Shown: positions 21,491 through 32,733 of the stretch, in pieces
Layout: every line of letters starts with the position of its first letter
Position numbering within the stretch: position 1 is the stretch's first letter
Assembly: GCA_963749495.1 (NCBI GenBank)
Contig: CAVVMW010000001.1
Coordinates: forward strand, 192,001 to 256,000
DNA from: an uncultured bacterium
GTDB taxonomy: Bacteria > Verrucomicrobiota > Verrucomicrobiia > Limisphaerales > UBA8199
Length of the DNA stretch: 64,000 bases
Reading direction: 5' to 3'
Notes under the pieces: generated by a model
Told to the model about the DNA's origin: nothing
Seen by the model: only the letters and a program-made list of their open reading frames with translations
Databases searched by the model: none
Made by a program: the position numbers and the translations under genes

Positions 21491-22879
21491 TCACATCCCC
21501 TGTCCCATCAGGCGGGCCAAGACCAGGGCCAGCTCCATGGCCTGCTCGTAATTGAGCCTGGGATCCAGTGGCGTGCGGTAATCCCGGCTCAGGTCGGACT
21601 CGGTCACGCCGCTGGCGCCGCCGAGGCATTCGGTGACGTTATCGCCGGTCAGCTCGAAATGCACGCCGCCCAAGTGGAGGCCGCACTCCTTGAGCACGCT
21701 GCAGGCGGTTTCCAACTCGGCCAGGATGTTCTCGAAGCGGCGGGTCTTGATGCCGCTGCGGGTGGTCTCGGTGTTGCCGTGCATCGGGTCGCAACACCAG
21801 AGCACCTGCCTGCCCTGGCGCCGCAACAGCTCGGCAATCGGCGGCAGGCACTTGGCCACCAGGCCGGCGCCGAACCGGACGATCAATGTCAAGCGCCCCA
21901 GCTCGTTGTGCGGATTGAGCGCCTGCGTGAGCGCCAGGACCTCCTCGGGAGAGGCGGTCGGGCCGATCTTGACGCCAATCGGGTTGGTAATGCCGCGAAA
22001 ATACTCGACGTGCGCCCCGTCCAGGGCCCGGGTGCGGTCCCCGATCCAGGGGAAATGGGTCGAGAGATTGTACCAGCCGGTGTGGCGGGGCACCTGGCGG
22101 GTCTGGGCCTGCTCGTAAAGCAGGTGCAGGCCCTCGTGGCTGCTGAAGAAATCCACGCGGTTGATGTCCGCCAGCACGCACCCGGTGAGCGTCTCCATGA
22201 AACGGAGCGAGTCGCCGATCGAGCGCACCATCCGCGTGTACTCGGCGGCGTGGGGCGAATTGGCGACGAACCCCAGGGCCCAATACTCGGGGTGGTGCAG
22301 GTCCGCAAAACCGCCCTCGATGAGGGCGCGGATGAAGTTGATGGTCAGCCCGGAGCGTTCGTAGGCCCGCAGCAGCAGAGTCGGGTCGGGCGTCCGCTCC
22401 TCCTTGGTGAAGCCCGCCGCGTTAATCATGTCCCCGCGATAGCTGGGCAGGGTCACCCCGTCGCGGGTCTCCAGCTCGACCGAACGGGGCTTGGCGTATT
22501 GGCCCGCGAAGCGCCCGATGCGGATGACCCGCTTCTTGCCGCCCTGGACCAGCACCAGGCTCATCTGGAGCAGAATCTTGAGCTTGCTCGCGATGGCCGC
22601 CGACTCGCAGTCCTCGAAGCTCTCCGAACAGTCCCCGCCCTGAAGCAGGAACCACTCGCCGCGCGCGGCCGCTGCCAGTTGTTGCTTGAGGTTCTCTATC
22701 TCCCAACTGGTTACCAGCGGCGGCAGCCTGGCCAGTTGCGCCAGCACCTGGAGCAGCGCCTCGGCATCCGGATAGACCGGCTGCTGCGCCGCCGGCCGGC
22801 TCTGCCAGGACGCGGGCGACCATTCCCGGTCCGGGCCGGCGGTTCGCGTTTTGATTTCCGTTTCGCTTGCGGTGTGCAC
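21491..22879 (-). CDS. Class II 3-deoxy-7-phosphoheptulonate (DAHP) synthase
   Basis: LLQGGDCSESF, GRFAGQYAKPRS, LPSYRGD, SHEGL, WIGDRTR, NPIGVKIG, CDPMHGNT, GGVHFELTG, DPRLN. Confidence 0.95.
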   Translation of the reverse strand: MHTASETEIKTRTAGPDREWSPASWQSRPAAQQPVYPDAEALLQVLAQLARLPPLVTSWEIENLKQQLAAAARGEWFLLQGGDCSESFEDCESAAIASKLKILLQMSLVLVQGGKKRVIRIGRFAGQYAKPRSVELETRDGVTLPSYRGDMINAAGFTKEERTPDPTLLLRAYERSGLTINFIRALIEGGFADLHHPEYWALGFVANSPHAAEYTRMVRSIGDSLRFMETLTGCVLADINRVDFFSSHEGLHLLYEQAQTRQVPRHTGWYNLSTHFPWIGDRTRALDGAHVEYFRGITNPIGVKIGPTASPEEVLALTQALNPHNELGRLTLIVRFGAGLVAKCLPPIAELLRRQGRQVLWCCDPMHGNTETTRSGIKTRRFENILAELETACSVLKECGLHLGGVHFELTGDNVTECLGGASGVTESDLSRDYRTPLDPRLNYEQAMELALVLARLMGQGM

Positions 22880-23039
22880 GTCGAATCCCTGACAGATTCA
22901 GCTATCCCGGGCCGAATGTAAAGCGGGCTTTGGGACGCCTCACAGATGTTGGCATCGCGCATGGGGACCATGAACGTGAGAGCGGCCCAATGCGCCCCAC
23001 TCCAGACGCCTCGCGAAATAGGGACGCGCGGCCGAGGTC

Positions 23040-23135
23040 GCGAAGCGTTTTGGACTGCGGCAGTCCTCTGCCGCTTTTTGGCGTCCTGGCGGTGCGAAAG
23101 CGGCAGAGGACTGCCGCAGTCCAAAACCTTGCGGG
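23040..23135. repeat. REP doublet (same family as 5821-5912)
   Basis: GCGTTTTGGACTGCGGCAGTCCTCTGCCGCTTT and its inverted copy. Confidence 0.85.
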
Positions 23136-23202
23136 CCTCGGCGGTTCATGCAGAGATGAAGCCACTCCCTCCAGTGATTCTGCCAACAATCATTCTGCCT
23201 GG

Positions 23203-23772
23203 TTACCGCCAGAAACAGTGCCAATCGTAGCCCAGCTCGGCGGTCCGGAGCAGGACCAGGCTGCCCTTCTCCGGGAGCTTTTCGGCCGAATTGGGTGGGT
23301 TGACCGCGTTCTGCTCCTCGGCGCTGCGCTGGGGCAGGCCCGCGATAGTCGCCTCGTAGCGGTTGGTGCCCGTTTCGGAGATGATGGCCTCGGCGCCGAC
23401 GTTGGCCTCGAGCAGTTCGCGCAGGCTCAGGGCCATGCGCTCGACCCGCACGCGTCTCTGGCCCGCGACAACGCCCATGAGCCGGGTCCCCTTCTCGGCG
23501 GCATAAGGCCAAAAGGCGCCGAGGACCGGCGCGGGCAGATAGTCCATCACCACGTTGCCCTGTTGGTCGGTCGGCAGGGCGCCCTCGTGCGCCACGAAGG
23601 CATGGCCATCCTTGAACACGGTCACCTCTTTGATCGGCAGTCTGCCGAACGTGCCCAGCGGGGCCGCCTTCTCGGCCGCCAGACCGGACCCCGCCATTGC
23701 CAGTGCCAGCGCCAACGCCAATGCGAACGGGGCCGCGCCCGCGAAACCAGGATTCAGGATTGCTCTAGCCAT
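23203..23772 (-). pseudogene. 5' fragment of a secreted DUF4139/DUF4140-like protein
   Basis: Signal peptide followed by LPIKEVTVFKDGHAFV. Such proteins are normally much longer; here the frame runs into non-coding repeats after LLRTAE. Confidence 0.55.
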
Positions 23773-23952
23773 GCCGGCAGCCTGTCATATCGCGGGCGGG
23801 GACTTGTCAGGCGCAGGTAAGGTCTGTGTAAAAAGTTCGCGATGGAAAAATCGTGATGGCAGAAAGATGGGGGCAGAAGAATGAGGATAGAAACATGAGC
23901 ACAAGCAAGCTGCCATACCGCCTCCATCCTCAGGTGCGCGCTCCGATGAAAC

Positions 23953-24218
23953 CAGGGCCGAAGGCCCGCCATGTGATAGCCCAGGCTGGAGCGAAGCGGA
24001 GGCCTGGGTAAGGCGGCACCGTCGAAAATCAGGGCCGAAGGCCCGCAATGGGAAAGCCCAGGCTGGAGCGAAGCGGAGGCCTGGGTAGGATGCGCCAAGC
24101 AAACGCCCCCGGCCTGCTAAGGCCGGGACCCGTTGCCCAGGGACCCGGGCGTGTTGTCGCGCCCTTGCAGGGCGCAGGGGTTTATGTGTCCGCGACCTGG
24201 GCCTCCGCTCGCAGGCTC
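23953..24218. repeat. REP family GGGCCGAAGGCCCG...CCCAGGCTGGAGCGAAGCGGAGGCCTGGG (two tandem copies plus the 3' half of the intron-split copy)
   Basis: Copies at 23953-24008, 24030-24087, 25098-25150 and 46538-46602; the split copy is 24196-24218 + 25043-25078. Confidence 0.85.
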
Positions 24219-25042
24219 GGTGGGTAAGGGGGAGGCCGAAGCCACCCCCTCCCCGTTGTCGCAATGAGGTCAATTCCTCATACTGGACCGGCGAGCGGAT
24301 TTCCCGCACCGGGCGACCCCGACAGCACGCGGGAGCGTGCGGTTCCTTATGCAGGACAGAGCTTGCCCCAAGAATGGGGGGTCCACGCCGACGGGGCAAG
24401 ACCACTCCCCCCGAGGCGGAACTGTTCGCAGTGGGCGACCAGGCGTAAGGGACCGTTTCTTAGCCGAAGCTAACTTGTCCCCGGAACTGGTGAACACACT
24501 CGAATCGCTCTGTGGTTTTGCCTTTCCGCTGTCGAATCCCGACGGCGTACTTTGGCTCTGGAGACATCCCTGAGGGCGGGGCCAGGGAGTGGCTGTTCCC
24601 GCCTCCGGAGCGTAGCCGAACCCTTTCGGACAAGCCTTATAGGTCCAGTTTATCGAGCAGACGCTCGAACTCCGTGGGACTTCATCGGTGAGTGAAACGG
24701 ACCCTTTTCCCGGCATGAACGCATGTCGCACCGTACCGCCCAGCGAACGAACCGCATTTGTGGTTCGCCAGGAGCTTTGTGAAACCACCAAGCTAGGCTT
24801 CGTCCCTGGAGCAGGGACTCGCCCGGCGTTTCGGCTCATGGGCCTTCCTGCCAAGTCAAGGGAGCCGGCCTCTTCGCGACGGCACGTTGCTGCACCGCCC
24901 TGGCTACGTTCCCGCCTGGACCAACCCGGCGGTTTAGCTCCCCCGTTCTGGACGGAAGCGGCCCCGCCCAGGTAGGATTCCATCGTTGTTTCCATTGATG
25001 TCACCGTTTGAGACTTAGTTCATTTCACCCGACGACTCGCGG
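24219..25042 (-). ncRNA. ORF-less group II intron-like ribozyme inserted in a REP
   Basis: Minus strand. DI basal stem pairs 25035-25020 with 24697-24682; EBS1 loop GCUCCA at 24812-24807; DIII AGUA/GAA loop-E at 24556-24520; DIV closing stem ACAGAGC/GCUCUGU; DV CGCCCGGUGCGGGAAAUCCGCUCGCCGG at 24315-24288; DVI UUCG hairpin with bulged A at 24225. Removing the segment restores an intact REP. Confidence 0.82.
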
Positions 25043-25203
25043 GCTCCAGCCCAGGCTTTCACATTCCGGGCTTTTCAGCCCGAGAATTCTCGCGAAACCA
25101 GGGCCGAAGGCCCGCCATGTGAAAGCCCGGGCTGGAGCGAAGCGGAGGCGTGAGCAGCAAAGGGGGAAATTCATCCCCGAAAAATGCGCCGTGTCACACC
25201 GGC

Positions 25204-27211
25204 TTATGGAACGGCAATGACCCGATAGAACCGCTTCGTTCCACCACGGACATTGACGCTGGTGTCCACCCACAACATCACGGGTTGAGTCAAGGTGAGA
25301 TTGGTGAGGGTGGTCCAGTTCACGGTGCCCGCTAAACTGGTGGCGTATTGAATCCCGAAGTTCTTCCCGACCGCTCCGCTGATAGTCAAGCCAACGTAGA
25401 GACCAATGGAAACTTCGGCAGGATTAACCGTGAGCGTTGCGGAGCCGCTGAGGGCGCTGCCGTAAAGGTTGGTAACTTCAACCGAATACTCACCCGCATC
25501 GGTCAGTTGAAGGTTCGTAAGGGACAGAGTTGAGTTCGTCCCCCAAGCGATTGCGAGTCCGTCTATAAACCATTGGAAACTCATCGGGAGAGTCCCTTCC
25601 GCTCCCACCCGCAACGCAACCCCTTCGCCCCAGTAGCCAACCGTGTTGGCAGGTTCAGAGAAAATGTCGGGCGCAGACAGAACCGTCAGTGTGGCATCGC
25701 TGCTAATGGCGTGACCCAATGAATTTGTGATCGCCACGGAATATGTCCCGCTTCGTTCAAGTTGAGCGTTGGTCAAGATCAGGTTCGCAGCGGTCGCTCC
25801 GGCGATATTTGCTCCGTTGAACGCCCACTGAAAGGACATCGGCAGAATGCCCATTGCCCAGACGCTCAAGACCACATTGGAGCCGGCAAAGACCGTCTGG
25901 CTTTGCGGTTGTGCCGTAATCCAGGGAGGACCCAGCACCGTCAACGTAACCACGCTGCTCCTGACGCTGCCATAGGCATTGCTGACGATGACGCCATAAT
26001 TGCCAGTGTCGCTGGCGGTTGTTGTGCTCAAGGTCAGTGTGCTCGTGCCCGAACCGGAAATGTTCCCGCCGTCCGTCAAGTTCGCTCCGTCCTTCTGCCA
26101 CTGATAATCCAGCGGTGCTCCGCCCGAAACCATGACGCTGAAAGTAGCCGGGTTCCCACTGTTCACTGTCAGCCCTTGCGGTTGCTGAGTAATTTGCGGA
26201 CTCAAACCAAATGGAGGGGCAATATGAACAGTCGGCGTGCTCGTGTAACCAGCGCCGGCATCGGTGATGATGATGTTGACGACCACCCCGTTGCTGACAA
26301 CCGCGGTCGCTGTGGCGCCAGCACCGCCGCCCCCTTGAATCAAAACGAACGGCGTATTGGTGTAATCACAACCGCTATCGGTAATCGTCGCACCAACGAC
26401 AAAGCCGTTGTCCACCCTCGCCGTGGCAGTAGCAGGATGCGGGATGCAAGGGGTCACTGACTCAATGGCGTAAAGTTGCGCCACTTCGTTTGAGGAAAGG
26501 GCACGGTTGTAAATGCGGATGTCATCAATTATGCCATGAAAGGCGGTCCAAGCAGGGTAAACCGCAACATCCGCCCTTCCGATGGTGAGGTATCCGCCCG
26601 CTGTCGGAATCTGGTTATTAGCGATGCCTGTTGCGGCGATTTGCGAATCCCAGGTACATGGTAACGTTTGTCCCCGCCCTGGTGACAACCAGTTGGCAGA
26701 AAGTATTGGGTGCTGTTTGCTGCTGACTGTAAAACTGATAGACCATATTACCAGAATTGGCGGGTGCGTAGCTTGCCTGTGCTACCACATGCCCGATCAA
26801 AGCTGGAATGAGGGTGCCGGACGTTTGTCCAATAATTCCCAAAGTAAATGAGCCGGTTTGCTCGTGCAGGATATCCGGCCACACCCCAGCAAAATCATGA
26901 GCATTGATCCACACTGAGGCGGTAAAATCGCCCTGGAACACAGCACCATTCAAGGGAGATGTGATATACGCAGAAGCGCCATCGAAATAATATGCCTGAT
27001 TTGGAATCCCAAATCGATCCGCCGTGAGGACAGCGCCGTTGACGGTGCCGTTGTGTCCGTTTCCGCTCGCATCGTTGGCGTTGCCGTTGAAAGGGTAATA
27101 CGCCAACAGACCGTTTGTGAGGAAGGATTGGGAATATCCGTTGACCGCCAACCCAATCCCGACGACGAGCAGTGAAAGTGCATATACCGATTTTCTGGAC
27201 TTCATTTCCAT
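25204..27211 (-). CDS. Secreted LamG/concanavalin-like + immunoglobulin-domain protein (frameshift near 26655)
   Basis: GLLAYYPFNGNANDASG, GIIDDIRIYNRALS, three Ig-like repeats (PQITQQPQ, YQWQKDG, Y.V.VSN), C-terminal RFYRV tail; visibly lower GC than its flanks. Confidence 0.85.
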
Positions 27212-27471
27212 TCCTTATGTCAATGATTACACACGCATTCCAAGTCTATCAATCCCCTCAAATGCACCGTGCCGCGCCAAGACGACGGTTGAACTGGTGC
27301 AGTATTGCGCTACATCGTTTAGCCACCATTCCCTATCGGCTGTTTTGGAGAATGCTTTAGTGCTATTCTCGTGTGCCGGCTGGGTGCGCCGCCTTGCGCT
27401 CCGTTGGCGATATGGCGAACCGTGCGAGGGGAGCAATAGACAAACTCAGCATTCCCCGTTAATCTGCCGCT

Positions 27472-28359
27472 ATGATTTTCGGCGCACATTGCTCGACGGC
27501 TGGCGGGCCGCACAAGGCCCTGCAACGGGGGAAGCAGATCGGGGCGGATATTGTCCAGATCTTCGTCAAGAACAACATGCAGTGGTTTGGGAGGCCGTAT
27601 TCGGCGGAGGAGTTGGCGTTGTACGAGAAGGAGCGGGCGGCGAACAAGTTTGGGTGTGTTTTTGGGCACGCGGGTTACCTGATCAACATTGGGGCGCCGG
27701 CTTCGGAGAACCGCGAGCGATCGATCAAATCGCTCATCCAGGAGATCGGGCTGGCGACGGACCTGGGGCTGCCGTTCCTGGTGCTGCACCCGGGGGCGCA
27801 CCTGGGGGCGGGCGAGGCCACCGGGCTGGACCAGGTGGTGGCGGGCCTGGATGAGGCGCTCGAGGCGACCGCCCAGAGCCCGGTGCGGATCGCGCTCGAG
27901 AACACTGCGGGCCAGGGCACCTGCCTGGGCAATGCCATCGAGCACCTGGCCGGGATTTTCGAGGGCGTCAAACGCCCGAAGCGGCTCGGCCTCTGCCTGG
28001 ACACCGCCCATCTCTTCGCCGCCGGTTTCGACATCCGCGCGCCCAAAGGCTGGAACGCCGTCATGCGCCAGATCGACGACCTCATTGGCCTGGACCAGGT
28101 CCTGGCCTTTCACCTGAACGACTCGAAGGCGGACCTGGGCTCGCGCGTGGACCGCCACGCTCACATCGGCCAGGGCAAGCTCGGCAAGGAGGCCTTCCGC
28201 CATATCGTCAACGACCGTCGCTTCAAGAAATGCCCCGGCTGCCTCGAGACCCCCAAGTCCGAGAGCCTCAAGGAGGATGTGATGAACCTGGCCACGCTGC
28301 GCTCGCTGGTGAAGGCGGCGAAGGCAAAAGCCAAGCGCGGCAAGGCGGCCGCAAAATAG
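27472..28359 (+). CDS. nfo: Endonuclease IV
   Basis: GAHCSTAGG, HAGYLIN, HPG, LENTAGQG, CLDTAH, HLNDSK, DRHAHIG, LETP. Confidence 0.95.
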   Translation: MIFGAHCSTAGGPHKALQRGKQIGADIVQIFVKNNMQWFGRPYSAEELALYEKERAANKFGCVFGHAGYLINIGAPASENRERSIKSLIQEIGLATDLGLPFLVLHPGAHLGAGEATGLDQVVAGLDEALEATAQSPVRIALENTAGQGTCLGNAIEHLAGIFEGVKRPKRLGLCLDTAHLFAAGFDIRAPKGWNAVMRQIDDLIGLDQVLAFHLNDSKADLGSRVDRHAHIGQGKLGKEAFRHIVNDRRFKKCPGCLETPKSESLKEDVMNLATLRSLVKAAKAKAKRGKAAAK

Positions 28360-28388
28360 GGTCTGCCCCCCGGACCTTCGGCTCCGGA

Positions 28389-28472
28389 CCTTTGTCGCAA
28401 CCTTTGTCGGGACCTTTGTCGAAATCCGACCCCACTCGACAAAGGTTGCGACAAAGGTTGCGACAAAGGTTG
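28389..28472. repeat. 12-bp-unit REP (CTTTGTCG.../CGACAAAGG)
   Basis: Three left-arm and three right-arm units. Confidence 0.9.
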
Positions 28473-28500
28473 GGGCAAGGCCGTGTTCCTTGGGCTTCAG

Positions 28501-28700
28501 GGCCGTTGACAAAATCGTAGCGCAGGTTTCCAAACCTGCTGTATCGCCGATTTCCAAATCGGCAGGGCGTCGAGATATTGAGCGCGCCCGGATTGCGGAC
28601 GGCCTGCGGGTTTGGAAACCCGCGACACAGCAGACTTGGAAGTCTGCGCTACGCTGGCGCCCCTGGCGCACAGGCGCACCGAGCGACTTTCTCAATGGCC
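28501..28700. mobile_element. 200-bp MITE-like element, copy 2
   Basis: Same termini and layout as 12911-13109. Confidence 0.7.
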
Positions 28701-28785
28701 CTTCCTTGGGGTTAAGACCCCATTGTTGATGGCTTGACCTGGATTAACTTGCCACGGTTGCTTGTAATGGTGGTTAGTTAGGTTC

Positions 28786-28816
28786 AGGCGGCTCCTTGGG
28801 GAGCCGCCTTTTTTTT
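28786..28816 (+). terminator. Intrinsic terminator
   Basis: AGGCGGCTCC-TTGG-GGAGCCGCCT followed by a T-run. Confidence 0.85.
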
Positions 28817-28821
28817 CATTC

Positions 28822-28983
28822 ATGAGCGAGGCGAAGCATCTTGTTGGCATAGATTTGGGCACGTCGAACTGCGCGGTGGCGTGTGTGGAGCCGGGGTTGG
28901 GGGCGGCGGCGCCGGTGGTGGATGTGCCGGTGCCGCAACTGGAGCGGCCCGGGGAGGTTGCGGCGCGGGAAAATGACGAATGA
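28822..28983 (+). pseudogene. Hsp70-family N-terminal fragment (53 aa)
   Basis: Own translation MSEAKHLVGIDLGTSNCAVACVE...PQLERPGEVAARENDE*; GIDLGTSN is the Hsp70 phosphate-1 motif. It ends in the heptamer array. Confidence 0.8.
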
Positions 28984-29205
28984 ATGGAGTGCGGAGTGCG
29001 GAGTGCGGAGTGCTGAATGGGAGTGCAGGTTTGCCCTGGATTTACAGAAGGAAACGGAGGAAACCGAGGGGAAGTAAGGCAGACCATCCGCTCTGTTCAT
29101 AGTATCTGCTTTCGTCATCCGTCATTTTCCGCGCTGCAATCCAGCGAGGCTCAGGATCTTCCATTTCGCATTCCGCACTCCGCGCTTCTCACCCCGCACT
29201 CCATT
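28972..29205. repeat. Inverted heptamer pair (AATGACG/GAGTGCG arm ... CGTCAT/TCCGCAC arm)
   Basis: Left arm 28972-29013; degenerate right arm at 29111-29127 and 29165-29205. Confidence 0.75.
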
Positions 29206-29241
29206 CTTGATCCTTTCGTGCAGGCGAGCTAAACATCCTCC

Positions 29242-29706
29242 ATGTCCTACGACCGCGCCGACTTCGATTACAGCACCGAGGAGCAGCCGCTTCCCAAGGG
29301 ACATGCCGCCACGCATATCGGGATGTTCCTGGCCTGGGCGATCCTCAACGGGCTGGAGAGCGATTATCACCGGCTTCACTCGGCCGAACTGCTGGAGCGG
29401 GTGCGGCGGCGGCAAATGACCGGGCGCCAGTTCTTCGAGGCCGCCTGCAAGGAGCAGTTCGCACTCAAGGACCTCGGCGTGGACGGCAACGCCTTTGCCG
29501 AGCATTATTACCGCGACGACTCCGGCGAGCGCGGCGCCTATTTCGAGGACTACAAACACGCCCTGGCGGAGCGCCTGCCCAGCTTCTGGCACGTGGCGGA
29601 CACCTGGGAGAACTACGACAAGCTGGCGCTGGTCATCACGCAACGCTACCAGGAGTGGAAAAACCCGCCGCCCAAGAAACGCTGGTGGCAGTTTTGGAAA
29701 ACCTAA
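29242..29706 (+). CDS. Hypothetical protein
   Basis: 154-aa ORF with coding-like codon bias; HIGMFLAWA and a C-terminal KKRWWQFWK. Confidence 0.8.
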   Translation: MSYDRADFDYSTEEQPLPKGHAATHIGMFLAWAILNGLESDYHRLHSAELLERVRRRQMTGRQFFEAACKEQFALKDLGVDGNAFAEHYYRDDSGERGAYFEDYKHALAERLPSFWHVADTWENYDKLALVITQRYQEWKNPPPKKRWWQFWKT

Positions 29707-29708
29707 AC

Positions 29709-31953
<2,245 letters not shown>

Positions 31954-31982
<29 letters not shown>

Positions 31983-32046
31983 CCTTGTTGCCATTGCGGC
32001 GGTAGATGCGTGCCACGAGCGGCCCTGTATCCACGACGACGGTCAT
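31954..32046 (-). pseudogene. PIN-domain (VapC-like) toxin remnant with internal deletion
   Basis: Own translation MTVVVDTGPLVA|RIYRRNGNKVIPLLMPEA*: a typical PIN N-terminus fused to a typical C-terminus. Its ATG overlaps the antitoxin stop (ATGA). Confidence 0.72.
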
Positions 32047-32339
32047 TCGCCGAAGCCTTCCATGTACTTTGGATTGGTGGCCAGATCAGGCGCGCGACGC
32101 CCCCGCCTGGCCCAGGCCTTCTTCAGGATGGGGAGGGCCGCATCGTAAAACGACTCGCCTGGCGCCGGCTGCGGCAGGAGCCCAGCATCGTGGATGATTG
32201 GCGGCAGCGCGCTGGACCCTGCCAGCGCCTTCTCCAGGCACTCGCGGGCGAGGCGCCTCGCCGTACTCTTGCGGGCACGGGCCTCCTGCTTCAACTGTTG
32301 GGCGAGGTGATCCGGCAGCTTCAGCGAGAGAGTCGTCAT
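32043..32339 (-). CDS. Ribbon-helix-helix (CopG-like) antitoxin
   Basis: MTTLSLKLPDHLAQQLKQEARAR... and a C-terminal DLATNPKYMEGFG; translationally coupled to the PIN remnant. Confidence 0.75.
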   Translation of the reverse strand: MTTLSLKLPDHLAQQLKQEARARKSTARRLARECLEKALAGSSALPPIIHDAGLLPQPAPGESFYDAALPILKKAWARRGRRAPDLATNPKYMEGFGE

Positions 32340-32428
32340 GGCCGGAAGCTAATACAACCCTCTTCATTCTGCAATGCCCGCGTCCTCGGTTCTTTGGACT
32401 GCAACACCACCGTTGAGGCCGTCGCCGT

Positions 32429-32659
32429 TCACGAACGTCCGGGGGCCCGCTTGCGGACTGTTACGCTCTCGATCAGGGGCACATCCAGAACGTCATGGCC
32501 GCCTTGCCTGCGGAGCCACACGATCAGCGTTTCTCCATCCGGCGAGAGCGCGGCAAACTCCGGGTGGGGGATTGAATACGTTTTGCTGCTCCCCATCCGA
32601 ATCGTTATGGGGCGGAATGGCCGAGCCTGTAACAAATCTCTGAGCTCGTTCGCGTTCAT
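32429..32659 (-). CDS. Small hypothetical protein (76 aa)
   Basis: MNANELRDLLQARPFRPITIRMGSSKTYSIPHPEF..., a pattern I associate with small PVC-phylum proteins. Confidence 0.65.
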   Translation of the reverse strand: MNANELRDLLQARPFRPITIRMGSSKTYSIPHPEFAALSPDGETLIVWLRRQGGHDVLDVPLIESVTVRKRAPGRS

Positions 32660-32733
32660 GCCTGCTATCTGCCACAGTCCACCTGGGCTTTCAAGGGCTG
32701 ACTGTGCAACCCGGCATGTCAGGTTGCCGAAAC

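Noticed and set aside
24715..24731. Internal GTGCG (minus strand, 24731) as the true 5' splice site
   Set aside because: It lies inside the DI basal-stem closure, no matching EBS was found for its flank, and it would not restore the REP.
24270..25004. 244-aa ORF inside the intron as an intron-encoded protein
   Set aside because: No RT motifs (no YADD), it overlaps the structural domains rather than sitting in DIV, and its composition looks non-coding.
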